This document shows, piece after piece, positions 1-12,157 of a stretch of 64,000 nucleotides of DNA. Origin of the DNA: Spirogloea muscicola (lineage: Eukaryota); NCBI GenBank assembly GCA_009602725.1, contig WELB01000001.1, forward strand, positions 1-64,000, in the 5' to 3' direction. Below the pieces are notes generated by a model. That model was not told the DNA's origin. It saw only the letters and a program-made list of their open reading frames with translations, and made no database searches. The first letter of the stretch is position 1. Each line of letters begins with the position of its first letter. A program made the position numbers and the translations under genes.

Positions 1-179
1 TGAAGCGGCGCATGCCGCTGGGCCTGCTGCAGGACGTCTACTGCCGCCGCGAGAAGCTCGACGCCGCCGCCGTCGCCTTCCTGTTCCGCGGCGTGCGCGT
101 CGCCGCCGCCGCCACGCCCGACGAGCTCGCCATGGAGGACGCCGACGCGCTCGAGGTCTGGCCGCTCGGCAGCCTCTGA
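1..179 (+). CDS. 3' end of a SUMO-like (ubiquitin-fold) domain protein, truncated by the window start
   Basis: The frame from base 3 reads KRRMPLGLLQDVYCRREKLDAAAVAFLFRGVRVAAAATPDELAMEDADALEVWPLGSL* (TGA 177-179). It matches the SUMO pattern YC...FLFxGxR...TPDELxMEDxDxI but has no terminal GG. Confidence 0.85.
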   Translation, partial: KRRMPLGLLQDVYCRREKLDAAAVAFLFRGVRVAAAATPDELAMEDADALEVWPLGSL

Positions 180-1027
180 CCGCCCAACTGGCGGCGCCTC
201 CCAGCCTGGCCACTGCGGCTGCGGAAGCCTCGGCCTTCTCGAGACAGCCGCCCGGCCGTCAGCTCCGACGCCTCAGCGAGACGCCAACGCGCCCCGTGGG
301 ATTATCTTCATAGCTGGGTGCGGCAGTTGGCCTTTTGGGCCTCGCCTGTTGAGCCGCGCCTTCCGCCGTCGCGCCGGAGGGCTCGTTCACAGTCAGCGGC
401 GGCGTGCCGCTAGCGCTTATATTTTGATGTTGCTACTGCTGCTGCTGATGGCTCGAGCCATCTCGAGAGCGACTTGGCCATGCGCTCTGATTTACCGGGC
501 AAGCCGTTCTCGCACTCGACGCTGCGGCCATGTGAGTAGACACTTGAATACATTCTCGCGGCAGCTGTCCAGCAGCTGACTGTACCAGCCACCGATTGCG
601 GCTTCGCCATACTGCGGCCGCCGGCGGCTCTTGTACATAAGATGACTCTTTTGAAAGTAGCTTTGCTGGTAGGACTTGGGCTTGCCGCGGGGCTATCTGT
701 TGATGGCTCCGCAAACCACAGTTGTTGCTGTGACTGCGGCCTCAGCTTGGTCAGCACTGGGCTTGACCTGCTGACAAGGGAATCATGACAGTGAAGGAGT
801 GGGAAATCTCTCTTGTGGCTGCAGGTTGTGCAGACAGTCAGTGCCTCGTAGCCTGAGCCCACAGTTGTATAAGAAGTTTAGCACTGGCATAGCGCCACAA
901 CTCTTGCAAAGCCACCTGTGCTCCTCCTGCAACTCTGGCTTTGCCAAAGGCAAGGCTTGGCAAGCGCAAAAAAGTTGGGGCCTTTGTGCACACTCATGGG
1001 TTGCCTAGTTGCACCTGCCTCGATGTC

Positions 1028-2927
1028 TCAGCCCGGGCAGAGCAGCAGAAGCTGGGGCCGCGGAGTGCTGGCGGGCTCTTCGTGCTTCTCCGCCGCGTCG
1101 TCATCAGCCCCGCCTCGCCGCCGTTGCCGCTGCCGCTGAGCCTCCGATGCCGTGTCCTCGTTCCGGGCCGTCGCCTTCCGCCCACGCTTGCTCAGAAGCG
1201 CGCCGACACCGGGCACCGCCGCTGGGTCATCCTCGTCATACACGTCCGGGAAGAGAAACCTGGCTCACAAGCGTAACGGCCTCAGGCGCTACCTCAGCAC
1301 CAGACTGCGGGTAGCCCTGAAAGCATAGGAGGCCAGCAGCGATGCCATGGCAGCAGTGGCGGCGACACTCACTTGAGGTGCAGCACGGGAATGTACCGCC
1401 TGAGCCCTTCGCTATACCTGGTATTGCAGCATTGCCGAGAATTGTTGTGCCCGATACCAAACAGTGAGAAATCGGTGACGTTGCGAGTCGCCAGAGTTGT
1501 ACGCATGTATGAGCACCCTAACCAGCCCACGTGTCACGAATGGGCTGGGCTAGCTGGACAAGGCGCGGCACGGCAGCGCCAGTAGGCATAGCAGGGGCCA
1601 GGCACTGCTCACTTGTCAAAGTACTCGCCGATCCCGCGGTGCCGCACGCGCTCGCCAGGCAGCAGGTCAATGTTATCCTGCGCGACGTACCTGGCCCCGT
1701 GCCGCCAGCTCCAACATCCGCTAAGCAGCTGGGTGCACAGGAAAGGAGCGCGCAGGAGCGGTGGCGGCAGCACCCAGCGGTGGCCAGGGGAGGTGGCCGC
1801 TCACTTGGGCTGGCTGGCCTCACGCCCGACCTCGTCCGGGAGGACGTGGTAGAAGGGCTGGTCCGCACCTGCCACCACCGCCACCGCCAGTCAACGCCGC
1901 CGCCGAGCACGTCAGAGCACAGGTCCCGCCCTTCGAGGGGGACTCCATGAGGAGGGAGGGAGGAGGGATGAGGACTCGAAAATGGAGCTGACCTGACGGC
2001 AGGTCGAAGATGCGCATGCGCACCATCCAGTCGATGGGCCGGGAGCAGATCCGGTCCCAGCCGAAGATGACGCCCCTGCAGGCGTTACACAGGCACGGGC
2101 AATGGAGTGTGTGTTGATGTGTGGAGGGCCTGAGTGGCCAAGTACAAAGGCAAGCACACCGATGGATGTACATCACCTGCTGCTGAGCTGACCCGCTCGA
2201 TACCCATGAGTCAGCACGCAGAGGTCGCTAACCGTTGCCCAAACACAGATGAGCTTTTGCAGGTACTACTACTCAACGCTCCACTTCCAAACAAACGGCA
2301 TGACCACATTCCAAATCATCTTCTTGTGTAACATGACTACCGATCTGATACCAGACGGCAATATGACAAGCCCTTGTGCCACCAGCTAGAGCTCGACCGG
2401 CTTTCTGGTGCTTTCTGGGCACTGGGGTGGAGCCCAGTCGCCACTGCGAGCGCGGCAGTGGGGCCAGTCGGCGGCCTCGTCTCAGGGGCGCTGGGACATG
2501 GGCGCTGCGCACACCTGTAGCCGTACTTGCGATGCCGGATGACGCTGCCGACGGAGTACAGGACGCCGGCGCGCTCCTCGTTGGCCGCCCTCCTGCGCCG
2601 GCGGCGGCGGCGGCCCCGTCAGCACGGCCCTGCTGCGGCGGCGGCGGCGGCGGCGAGTCCCACGACAGACGCAGCGCAGGCGCTGGGGCAGCGGGAGGAC
2701 CTCCGGTGGGCGGCGCGGAGGACGTTGCACATCTGGACGGCCTCAAAGCCCGCGTCGGCGGCCGCCAGCGCGGTGGCGCTGCCAAAGGGCAGCGCCGCGG
2801 CGCGCTCGAAGGCCCGCCGCAGCACGGCCAGCGCGCCTGGCGGAGGTGTCGGCGGTGGTGGCGGCTCAGCGCGGGAGCCGGGGCTGACGGGCGGCGCCAT
2901 GGGGACGACGACGGCGACGGCGGACAT
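1028..2927 (-). CDS. YccV/HspQ-like (hemimethylated-DNA-binding) domain protein, multi-exon; 5' end uncertain (may extend to about 3120)
   Basis: Spliced exons give YSVGSVIRHRKYGYR|GVIFGWDRICSRPIDWMVRMRIFDLPSG|ADQPFYHVLPDE|..RYVAQDNIDLLPGERVRHRGIGEYFDK|YSEGLRRYIP, the typical YccV motif series. A GT-AG intron at 2514-2076 joins the first two motifs in frame. Confidence 0.85.
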
Positions 2928-3294
2928 GACGGGCCGCCGTTACGGGCTCGCGGGCAGTCCGTCACTCACCGGCGCCGTCGCTGAGCTCCGGCGGCGGTGG
3001 CGACGCCCCCACGCCGATGCCGCCGCAGCCGCCCCCGCCGTCGCTGCCGCCGCCGCGCCGGCGGCTCCGCAATGGCGTGCATCTCGTGGTGGAGGGGCCA
3101 CCAGCGCAAGTTCGAGCGCATTNGGCCCTTTGTATCGATGGGCCAAGCTAGTCCGCAAGCCCTAGACAGCGGATGGCCAGATCAGCCGTCGACTAGCCAC
3201 GGACGCCGGCTCTGGCGAAAGTCGCGCCGCGGGCAGGAAGGCGCTGCCGTCTGCGCGAGGTGTCAGAGCCAACGGCGGCGGCGGCGGCTGCGGG

Positions 3295-3324
<30 letters not shown>

Positions 3325-3325
<1 letters not shown>

Positions 3326-4304
3326 TGAAGCTCGTCAGGTGAGCGGAGCCCGCAGTGCGCAGCTCGTGGCCCGCTGGGGTTAGACGGCTGTCGCTGCGGC
3401 AAGCGGCGGTGCTGGGCGGGCAGAGGCAGCGGAAACGGCGGCCGCACCTTGCGCTGCATGTTCACGCCTTCTTAACGGCGTCCTCGCTGCAAGTAGGTGA
3501 CTAGATGGGGCTGTAAGGACCCCAGACGTAAGCAACATTGCCTGCTTTGGCAGAAGCCTGACGACAACGCTGCGGTGGCCGCCGTCGTGGGCGCAGGTTC
3601 TTGATGAAGCTCAACAACGAGACGGTCTCCATCGAGCTCAAGAACGGCACCGTGGTTCACGGCACCATCATCGGTGCGTCGCCATAGCCTCTGCCTCTTC
3701 TTGTGCTCAGCATTGCCCATCTTGCGGTCTTCGCTGATGGACTTTGGCGCTGCCACCGCTGCCGCTGCGCTGCCTCTGTTGTCACTGCAGGCGTGGACAT
3801 CAGCATGAACACGCACCTGAAGACGGTGAAGCTGACGCTCAAGGGCAAGAACCCCGTGGCGCTGGACCACCTGAGCATCCGTGGCAACAACATCCGCTAC
3901 TTCATCCTACCCGACTCCCTCAACCTCGACACGCTGCTCGTCGCGGAGGCGCCCCGCGTCAAGGCCAAGAAGCCCGCACCCGGTGAGCCACAGCCTCCAT
4001 ACGCGCCTGGGCTCGGCCAGCACATCCCCTCGCTTGGCCGCCTGTGGACAGGCTCCCGCGCAACGGGCGAGCTCGCGACATGGCAGCTCGACTGATATGC
4101 TGATGGTGCAGCCTGCTACTAGCAGCAGTCAACACTCAGATTGTTCATTGCATTCTCTGCTCTACGTCGCTCGCCAATGGTGCTGCCGGTGCTGGCTTGC
4201 TAAGCTGACCTACGACTTCTGCGCACTTGTGTGCAGGCAAGCCGCTGGGCCGTGGCAGAGGCAGAGGCCGTGGCAGAGGCCGTGGGAGGGGAGGTGGGCG
4301 GTAG
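3325..4304 (+). CDS. SmD1: Small nuclear ribonucleoprotein Sm D1 (exons 3325-3338, 3597-3673, 3791-3982, 4237-4304)
   Basis: [80 protein letters not shown] followed by a C-terminal GRG repeat. All introns are GT-AG and the joins are in frame. Confidence 0.98.
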
Positions 4305-5225
4305 CTTGCACACCAACCTGTGCCTCGCGGCTGCTGCTCTGCTGCCACACATGGCGCCTTGTGCCGTGCCGAGGTCTCCAGCCAAGGTGGTGGTTTGCGA
4401 CCTGTTCAAAGCTTTAGACTCAGCCATTGGCACGAGCTGCAGTGGTGCAATTGACCTGGTTGGGAAGCTCCGCCGATACACCATGTGTGGAGCTTTCTGC
4501 TCTGCTAGCGTCTACCAACCTCATCTCTTGAAAGAGCTTAGCACTGTCGGTGCTAGTAGCATCCTGTGTCTGCGGATGTTAAGCAATCCTGCAGCCTCGC
4601 CCTGGGCTGCTGTAGAGGAACATGCTGATGCACCATGGAAGATGGCACTCCAGTTGAGCAAGGTGCTGCATTTGCAATAGTATGCTCTCAATCAACTGCA
4701 AGATCTTCAATGTCTGGCTGCACTTCAGAAATTACTGACAGAAGAAGCGCAAGCCAAACAAGCAGAGCTTGCTTGCAAAAGAATGATAAATGTGACTTGT
4801 GCAACATCCCCGCGACCTCGTCAACCGGCCATGTGAGTTGGATGTGTTGCCTTCATGTTAACTCGGACAACTTGAGACCCAGCAAGGAGACCTGAAAGAC
4901 ACCACAGTCAGGTCTTACTTGGCACCGGAACAAAGACATCATGAACGACGTCAGTGTCCAGTGCCCGAAGCTGGGCAGTTATTGAGCAGCTCAAACAATA
5001 TCTGCTCTAACATCTGTTTGCAGATGCACATAAGTAGTGCTGTCTCTCGGCTCCTGCTTACAGACAAATCAAGTATCTGCAAGCTCAATCAATGAAGCAG
5101 CAAGTCTCTGCTTAGCTGGAATATACCCCACCACCACGCCACAATCGCTCCGCTGACCAGGACCATAAGAGCCATCACCTACACCACCCTTAATGTGGAG
5201 CAGTAGAAACTCACTCACACTCGTC

Positions 5226-8200
5226 TCAGTCTGATGGCGTAGCCAGAAGATCAGCCCGCGCTTCTTGGAGGGCCTGGGTGTGCCATTGAGACTTCTCAGC
5301 AGCCGCTTCTCGAGCAGCCGCGTCATCCATGGCATTGTAGGTCAACGCCATCAGGTAGTAGCTCTCAGCCGCCTCCGCCCTTGCCTGACAAAGTACATAT
5401 CAACTCTACGATTGCTCAACACTACTAGCCACAGAAAGATCCCACTGCTTGATGAGCCCAGGTATGCAGTAAGCAACAGGTGCCCATTTTCATAATACAA
5501 CAACATTGGGCAATACCGCAACGGAAAAATGCACAGAGAGGCTTCCTTCAACTTCAATTTCAAATACTTCTCCATTGCACGTCACTTGTCTTTGCAACAG
5601 AGAAACTGCTGCAGACCCATATAAGCAACAAGGAAGCTTAGATATCACCTCAAGAGCCTCAAAACAATCTGCAGCAACAGAAAGTAGCTCTACAATGCCA
5701 GCAGATTCCTCCAGCACTGCCAAGATCACACACACTGTAAGCTTCCCAGCTGTCAAGTCATTGGCTCAAGCAAAGCATCACAGTAAAGCCACCCTCAAAG
5801 CAAGATCAGCAAATTTTGAGACTGACACCTCCACCCACCACTCAACAATGGTGTTATGCAATGTTCACTGTGTTACACATACAGGATCATGAAGTCCATG
5901 ACCACTTGTTGAGGAAGAAGCCTTACTACGGACAGTCAGTTGTGATACATTTAAGCCTCACCTCTGCTTTCTTCGAGGCTGATGAGTCGACACTTAGCCA
6001 GAGCAAGGTGGCAATTGCCCCGCAACTCTAGGTCGCCGTGAGCAAGGATCAGGGGCAAGCAGCATGTGAGGAGTTTTGAGCTCCTCGCTGCCTCCTCGGA
6101 GCCCAGAGCCAGCCATAGCTCCGCCACCAGGACAACGGCAGCGGCCTCAAACATGTCCAGGGATAGGGACTGGCTCAGAGTGACACAATTCAAAGCGTAC
6201 GGAAGCGCGGAGATTGGACTGCCCGCTTGCTGCCAGCAAAGACAACAAGCTAAAGTGAGGGGCATGCAAGGATCTGTGTAAATCTCTGAAGTTGAAGGCA
6301 GTGGCCCTCGAGTTCCCTTCTCCACAAATGTTGTGGACATACCGCACTCTTTCTTCAAGCGGGGCGCGAGTAACATGATACAGGTACCCTCCTTTAGCTC
6401 ACTTTCACTCTTGGTTGTGACATTGGCCTGATGTCTAGCCATTGCCTCAGGTCCCATGTCATCAGCGCATCAAGAGGTGCATCAGACTCACCTTGTGTAT
6501 GTTTGTAGACAAGATCAAGACCTGGACAAGCTCCAATTGTAAGTGAGACTGGACGCAATCGGCCAACAGCTTCTCTGCTAGGTCCGCCGCCTGCACAAAG
6601 GCAGCACTGCAACATATGTGATCAACTGCCCAAGAGTTGCAGCTAACATGCTTCTGATGGTCTTGCAGAGCAAAGCCATACGCAGGTCCTGGACATGGCG
6701 ACATGAATCGCACATCCAGCTTGTACAGACTGCAGGCGACTTTCTTCTTTCTTTTTGCGCATGCGAGGGCTTGAGACTGACCCCAGGCAAGTCGTCTGAA
6801 GCCAACAGATTCCTCGCTGACCTCATCCCCACTGCCACTCTCAACTCCATGTCACTACCAGGGGTTGCGGAGACAAGGGCAGATAGCTCCATAACAGCTT
6901 CCTCGGCTAGTCGCAGATGTCCTCTGACAGCAACATTGAGAACAATCTGTCAAGCGACACTTTCCAGGATATATTGATGACACCAAAGACAAATCACTAA
7001 CATATAGCTCATATGTTTTGAATGCCTCTGTTTAAATGCGATAAGGTGTCAAGGTCCGCATAGTGCACTGCCAACTGCAGGCACTCCAGCTGCTACCAGC
7101 ACTTTGCAATGAGTGCTGACTCGCCATAGCAGGCACCAGCACTATTGAGATTGCCATTCAATCCTGAACGAGACACGGACTTGTGAAGAGATCTATCATG
7201 GAGAAGCTCCAACTGGCAGACTCTTAGCCGCCGGTTGGCAGGCAGGCTAAACTTCTTCAAGGCAACTTCCAATGCCGCTGCTGCAGCTATTGACACAAAC
7301 ACGCATTCAAGTCTAAGAAGGCACTCTTTTGCAGACAGAGCAAGGACGTTCATGACGTGCAATTCAGAAGCACGATAGGCTTTCCCAAGAGCCTTGTCAA
7401 TTCCTAAACTATGTTCCATCAAATGCATACTTCAATCTACATATGTGATACACCCTGTACTTCATACCTTTATAACCATTTTGACTGGCTACGTACTTGG
7501 CCAACTTCACATATGACGTGCACAGATCATCAGCTCTGCACAAGAAATTGGCAAGACTCAAACTGGAATCCTTCCACGACATGTTTTAAAGACCAGAACA
7601 TCTCCTTAACGATTTGATATTGTAGAAAACCAGCTGTTTGCAATGCTCATTGCTTGACCATGATACAAGACTACGAAGTCAACAATAACAGCAACAAACG
7701 GCCTGACCACCTTGTACCTGGCAACGTCTTGGTAGCAGGTGGCATGAACTAGTGCACCTAAGCGGGCCATGGGGGTGCTGCAGGAGCCGAAAAGTGCTGT
7801 TGCAGGTGAGCAGAGGAAGCAGGCTGCAGGGGCTAAGTTATCCTATTCCAGGTAAATAGAGGTGCAAAGTAATGTTGTGCCTTCACCATGCCACCATGCT
7901 TCTCCAAACAACCATTTATAGATGAGTATACCCAGCATAGCAACCATGACTCATCAGTTCATCACATGCATTCTGGAAAGTGACAGTCTACTTTCAGGGC
8001 GAAAATAGACGAAGAACGTGACATTACGAACAACCTTCCATAAAGCTCCCAGGAGGTGGCCTTGAGGAGGTGAGAGCAGCCAGCCAAGCGCACACCAGTC
8101 TCCAAGAGCGGTGCAGCTCGAGCGGCAACTTGTCCCCACCCACTCAGAATGCTTCCACCAGATTGACTGGCTGAAGCATTGACTTGGAATGATCGAGACG

Positions 8201-11200
8201 CTGACGTCGCGGTATGCGTCAGCGACGACCCAACTCCTAGTAAGGTAGCCCCAGTTGAGGTAGCCCCCGCCTGTGGCGCTGCAGTGCCCTCCAGCAAGTG
8301 TGCAGTTTCCCTAAGAGCCTGTGGAAAATAAATTGCTTTGAGGAGACCATGCATAGTAATCAGAAGCAATGCACTGTGTGGAAAAGGGTATTGCTGTGCA
8401 GAAATACCGAAAGTGGTGCATGCCGCATGCCGCACTCATCCATTCACCTTGTATATGCTCACTGGCGTGGTACCTGGTCGGCCTGGCCCACCCTCACTTG
8501 GCAGCAGTTGTCTGACATGCTGGCAGAGTTGTAAATCAGTCGACTCGCGCAGGGGGTCGCTTCTTGCTCAGTCTTAATGAGGATTCACCAGCGCGAACAG
8601 GGAGTATTTCAGGATCATCAGACCAAGTAACATCAACTTTGACTTGCAAACTCTCGTCTCAGAACAGGAACTGCAGGCAGACAGTGCTGACAGATAGCAA
8701 GACCAAATGCTGCACCAATTGCGGAATTTGCAGTTCACGACTGCGCTAGCTGCAACATCTTACTGATGAATGACCACACGTACCTGCATTTGAGATGTTG
8801 CAAGTGCTAGGCGGGCAAAAGCCACCAAGTGTGGTATATTGAGCTCCATGGCTCGAGTGAGACACCTTCGCAGGAGGAGGAGCAGCTGACGAGGAACTCC
8901 ACCGACTTTGTCACCAGCACTGGTGCCCGACGATGCAGACAAGGCGGTGCTGGCAGGTGATTCTAGTAGGAGATGGCAGAGCGAAGCGAGCGCATGGGCT
9001 AGGCAAGTGTCGTCATTGTTCTGCACAAGTAAGAACCTGTACATCAATGAGGCAAATTATGAAGGTGGCTGTTGTCATTGACAGGAATGCTTGATTCTCT
9101 TGGCCATGTCAAGAGCGGGCCAGGCCCAATTACTGCCAAATACATGAATTTTATTCCCTGCCTTAGCATACACATACTCCACATTCATTTATCTTCATAC
9201 CGGGATTGGACACATGCCTGCTGAGCGATGCGAACTGTTTCATTGAGAGCCTGTACATGGAGCAGCTGGTACTCTTGTCAGCTCTGACAGCTCTCAAGTG
9301 ACTTGTTGGCAGGTGATCAAAGCATTTGCAGCTCTAGTCGCATGAAATGTGACAAGGTCAAACGCATGCTTTCTCATGGATAAGTAACCTCTGGGTGTGA
9401 TTTTCTAAGTGCAATTTGTCACTTTGTCCAGCCACAAGATCATTAGGATCTGTTCAAATTCACCTGCAAAGCTTCATGGGCATGGCCGAACTCTGTATGT
9501 AAGCAGCCCAGCTCAAGGAGGGCAGTCTGAAAGTCTCCAACATTGCCGTCTCCGGTGCTACCTGTATGCCCAGCACTACATAGACAGGAAAGAGCATAGT
9601 GAGCTTCACATTAGCCCGGAGAATACATAGCAGGCACTTCAGGGTCAGGGAATGACAAGCAAGGGATGCAAACGAGGGCCAGCATTGCTGTCATGTTCAA
9701 CGCTGCTGCCAGGAGTCAATATGCAGTGGCTACTTGGACAAAGACTGACTATGCTCCTGGCGGCAGACAGGCCTCTCTTCTCACATAGGACTCCCCATTA
9801 GCATAGGGCTTTGCTTTGTGTAGCCCTTGCTTTGCAGTAGCGTTTGCCTAAACAGTGTATTGGCTTAATCTGGCCTCTTTATCTGCACCATGCGCCTTCT
9901 CCCTCTTACTTCCAGCATATCAGGGTACCTGTAGTCGAAGTACCGATGAAGGTTTTGTGAAGCAGCTGCGTAATCCTTGTAACGTCGGCTATGCAGGTAG
10001 ATCAGATAATGAGCCTGCCAAGCAGGTGCATGACCCAAGTGTCATGGCTTAGCATCATACAAGCAGGGTCTCACAGAGCAGTCAACCTACTACAAAGTGG
10101 TGCAGACGGTAAGGAATGCATGAGCCCGGACCAAGAGCCAGCTGCCAACTAGTTGGTGATGGTTGCAGGTAAGGACTGACCTTGGAAGCACCTGGATTGA
10201 GCCTAAGGAGCTCCTTCAGCTTCTCTTCCAGACCAGCCTTTGAGGCAGACCTAGGCTGTCTGTAACAATCACAGATGAGCAACTTTGAGTCAGTGCTACA
10301 TGCTGCTATAAGTTTGCAGGTTTGCAACAGCAGGTCTTACTAATCTGCAGCGGTTGACCATTTGTCAACAGTGTGCAGGGTTGCTGGACATGCGACAATA
10401 CTTTTGGATGGCCCTCGCCTCAGCTTCAAGGGCAGCCTCCAGCTGACCAGCTGGCTTCAAGAATTTGCGGCTGCCTTTGGTTATCTGCAGTCTTGTACTT
10501 CTGTCAACAGATAACCCCAAACCTTGCACGGCCAACTCCTGTTGGGATGCCCATTCATGCCCAAGCTCCACAGTCCATGTGTTTTCTGCACCATAGTCCA
10601 ATCTGGCCGGATTGCTTGAGCAGCATCTCACAATTGACTTAAAGCATGTCGCAGCCATTTAGTGATCTATATGCTTCTTACATGTACCTGTATTGATGGG
10701 CAAGTGGTTATCAATACTTCTCATCTCTTGAGGGCTGCTGGCGTCTTTGTCTGTGCTGTATGCTTTCAAGTCAATGAGAAGCTGGCAAATGGCCTGCAAA
10801 GGTGCGGGTGTGTCAAATTATTGAGGTGCTCTTCTCAAGGTGCTGCACAGAAACACGGCTGTGAATATCGAGAGCCATCTGTTGAGCTGGGCTAGCCACA
10901 GAGACAATACATTGCTCTCCACTGAAAGCAGACGTCTGGCAGCTAAGCCAAGCAGGTCTTGGATCTCTTCATGTCACAAAGCCTGGGTCGTATGAGAGAC
11001 CTTCTAGGACTGGTACTCGAAGACTACCTCAAATGGGAGGCTGTCGAAGGCAATGATAGACCGTCGTAAAAAGTGACCAAACGTGCTATTGTACACGATG
11101 AGGACGTTTGCTGACAAGCCCTCCTCGCGGGCGGCGAAAGAAGCAAGCAGAACATCTGCGCATGAGCAACCCGTGGAGGTCTGATCAAAATGGGGCTGAT

Positions 11201-11824
11201 AGACCCCAATGAGCAGCTACACTCACAGTCCTAAATTGTTGCTGGATAAGCATCTTCATTCTAAATTCCTTAAACCCTAAACCCGAAACCGTAAGCGCCT
11301 CTGAGTCTTTAAGCCGACAATGTGCTTTGCAGGGCATCCAGCATCGAGGAGCATCCAGCCGATAGGAGCAGCCTCACTGACCCCTGAGCGACTGGAAGAA
11401 ATCGAAGAGGTCGTTGGGGCTCTCGAAGCTGGCCACTTGTGATGCAACCTGTTCGGCAAAGTCGCCATCACTTCTCTCCGGAGCGCCTGAGAAGCTCCGT
11501 AAGAAGTCTGCTAGCGGTGGCTCCACAAAACCGTCGTGAGCCTGCTGGCAGTAAAGCGAAGCTGTCAATTCGCAGTCAAGAGCTTCGGATATCTTTCTGT
11601 CAGCGTATTCGGCTGGCTCGGCTTGGCTCGGCTCGGCTCAGCTCACAACATTGCACGCGGCAGTATGCGCCAGGCTTGCAATCTGGCCGATCGCAGGGGC
11701 TGCGCCGGCGACGAGCACGGCCCCGCCGCGCTCACCTCATGCTCCTGTAGGAGGCGCAGCGCCAGGCGGCGGCGCGCAGCGCAGTCCGCGGGCGCCGAGG
11801 CGCGGCCGGCGGCCTCGACGTAGG
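5226..11824 (-). CDS. APC5: Anaphase-promoting complex subunit 5, many exons; start lies in the N gap
   Basis: Exon peptides EPPLADFL..SPNDLFDFFQSLR, FGHFLRRSIIAFDSLPFE, QNNDDTCLAHALASLCHLL, HLLKATSWELYG, LELLHDRSLH, VAELWLALG..LPLILAHGDLELRG and AESYYLMALTYNAM..REAAA follow the motif order of plant APC5. Stop TGA at 5228-5226. Confidence 0.93.
11261..11294 (+). repeat. Short degenerate plant-telomere-like tract (telo-box) in an APC5 intron
   Basis: ctaaattccttaaaccctaaacccgaaaccgtaa contains AAACCCTAA plus degenerate 7-mer units. Confidence 0.55.
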
Positions 11825-12157
11825 NNNNNNNNNNNNNNNNNNNNNNNNNNNNNNNNNNNNNNNNNNNNNNNNNNNNNNNNNNNNNNNNNNNNNNNNNNNN
11901 NNNNNNNNNNNNNNNNNNNNNNNNNNNNNNNNNNNNNNNNNNNNNNNNNNNNNNNNNNNNNNNNNNNNNNNNNNNNNNNNNNNNNNNNNNNNNNNNNNNN
12001 NNNNNNNNNNNNNNNNNNNNNNNNNNNNNNNNNNNNNNNNNNNNNNNNNNNNNNNNNNNNNNNNNNNNNNNNNNNNNNNNNNNNNNNNNNNNNNNNNNNN
12101 NNNNNNNNNNNNNNNNNNNNNNNNNNNNNNNNNNNNNNNNNNNNNNNNNNNNNNNNN

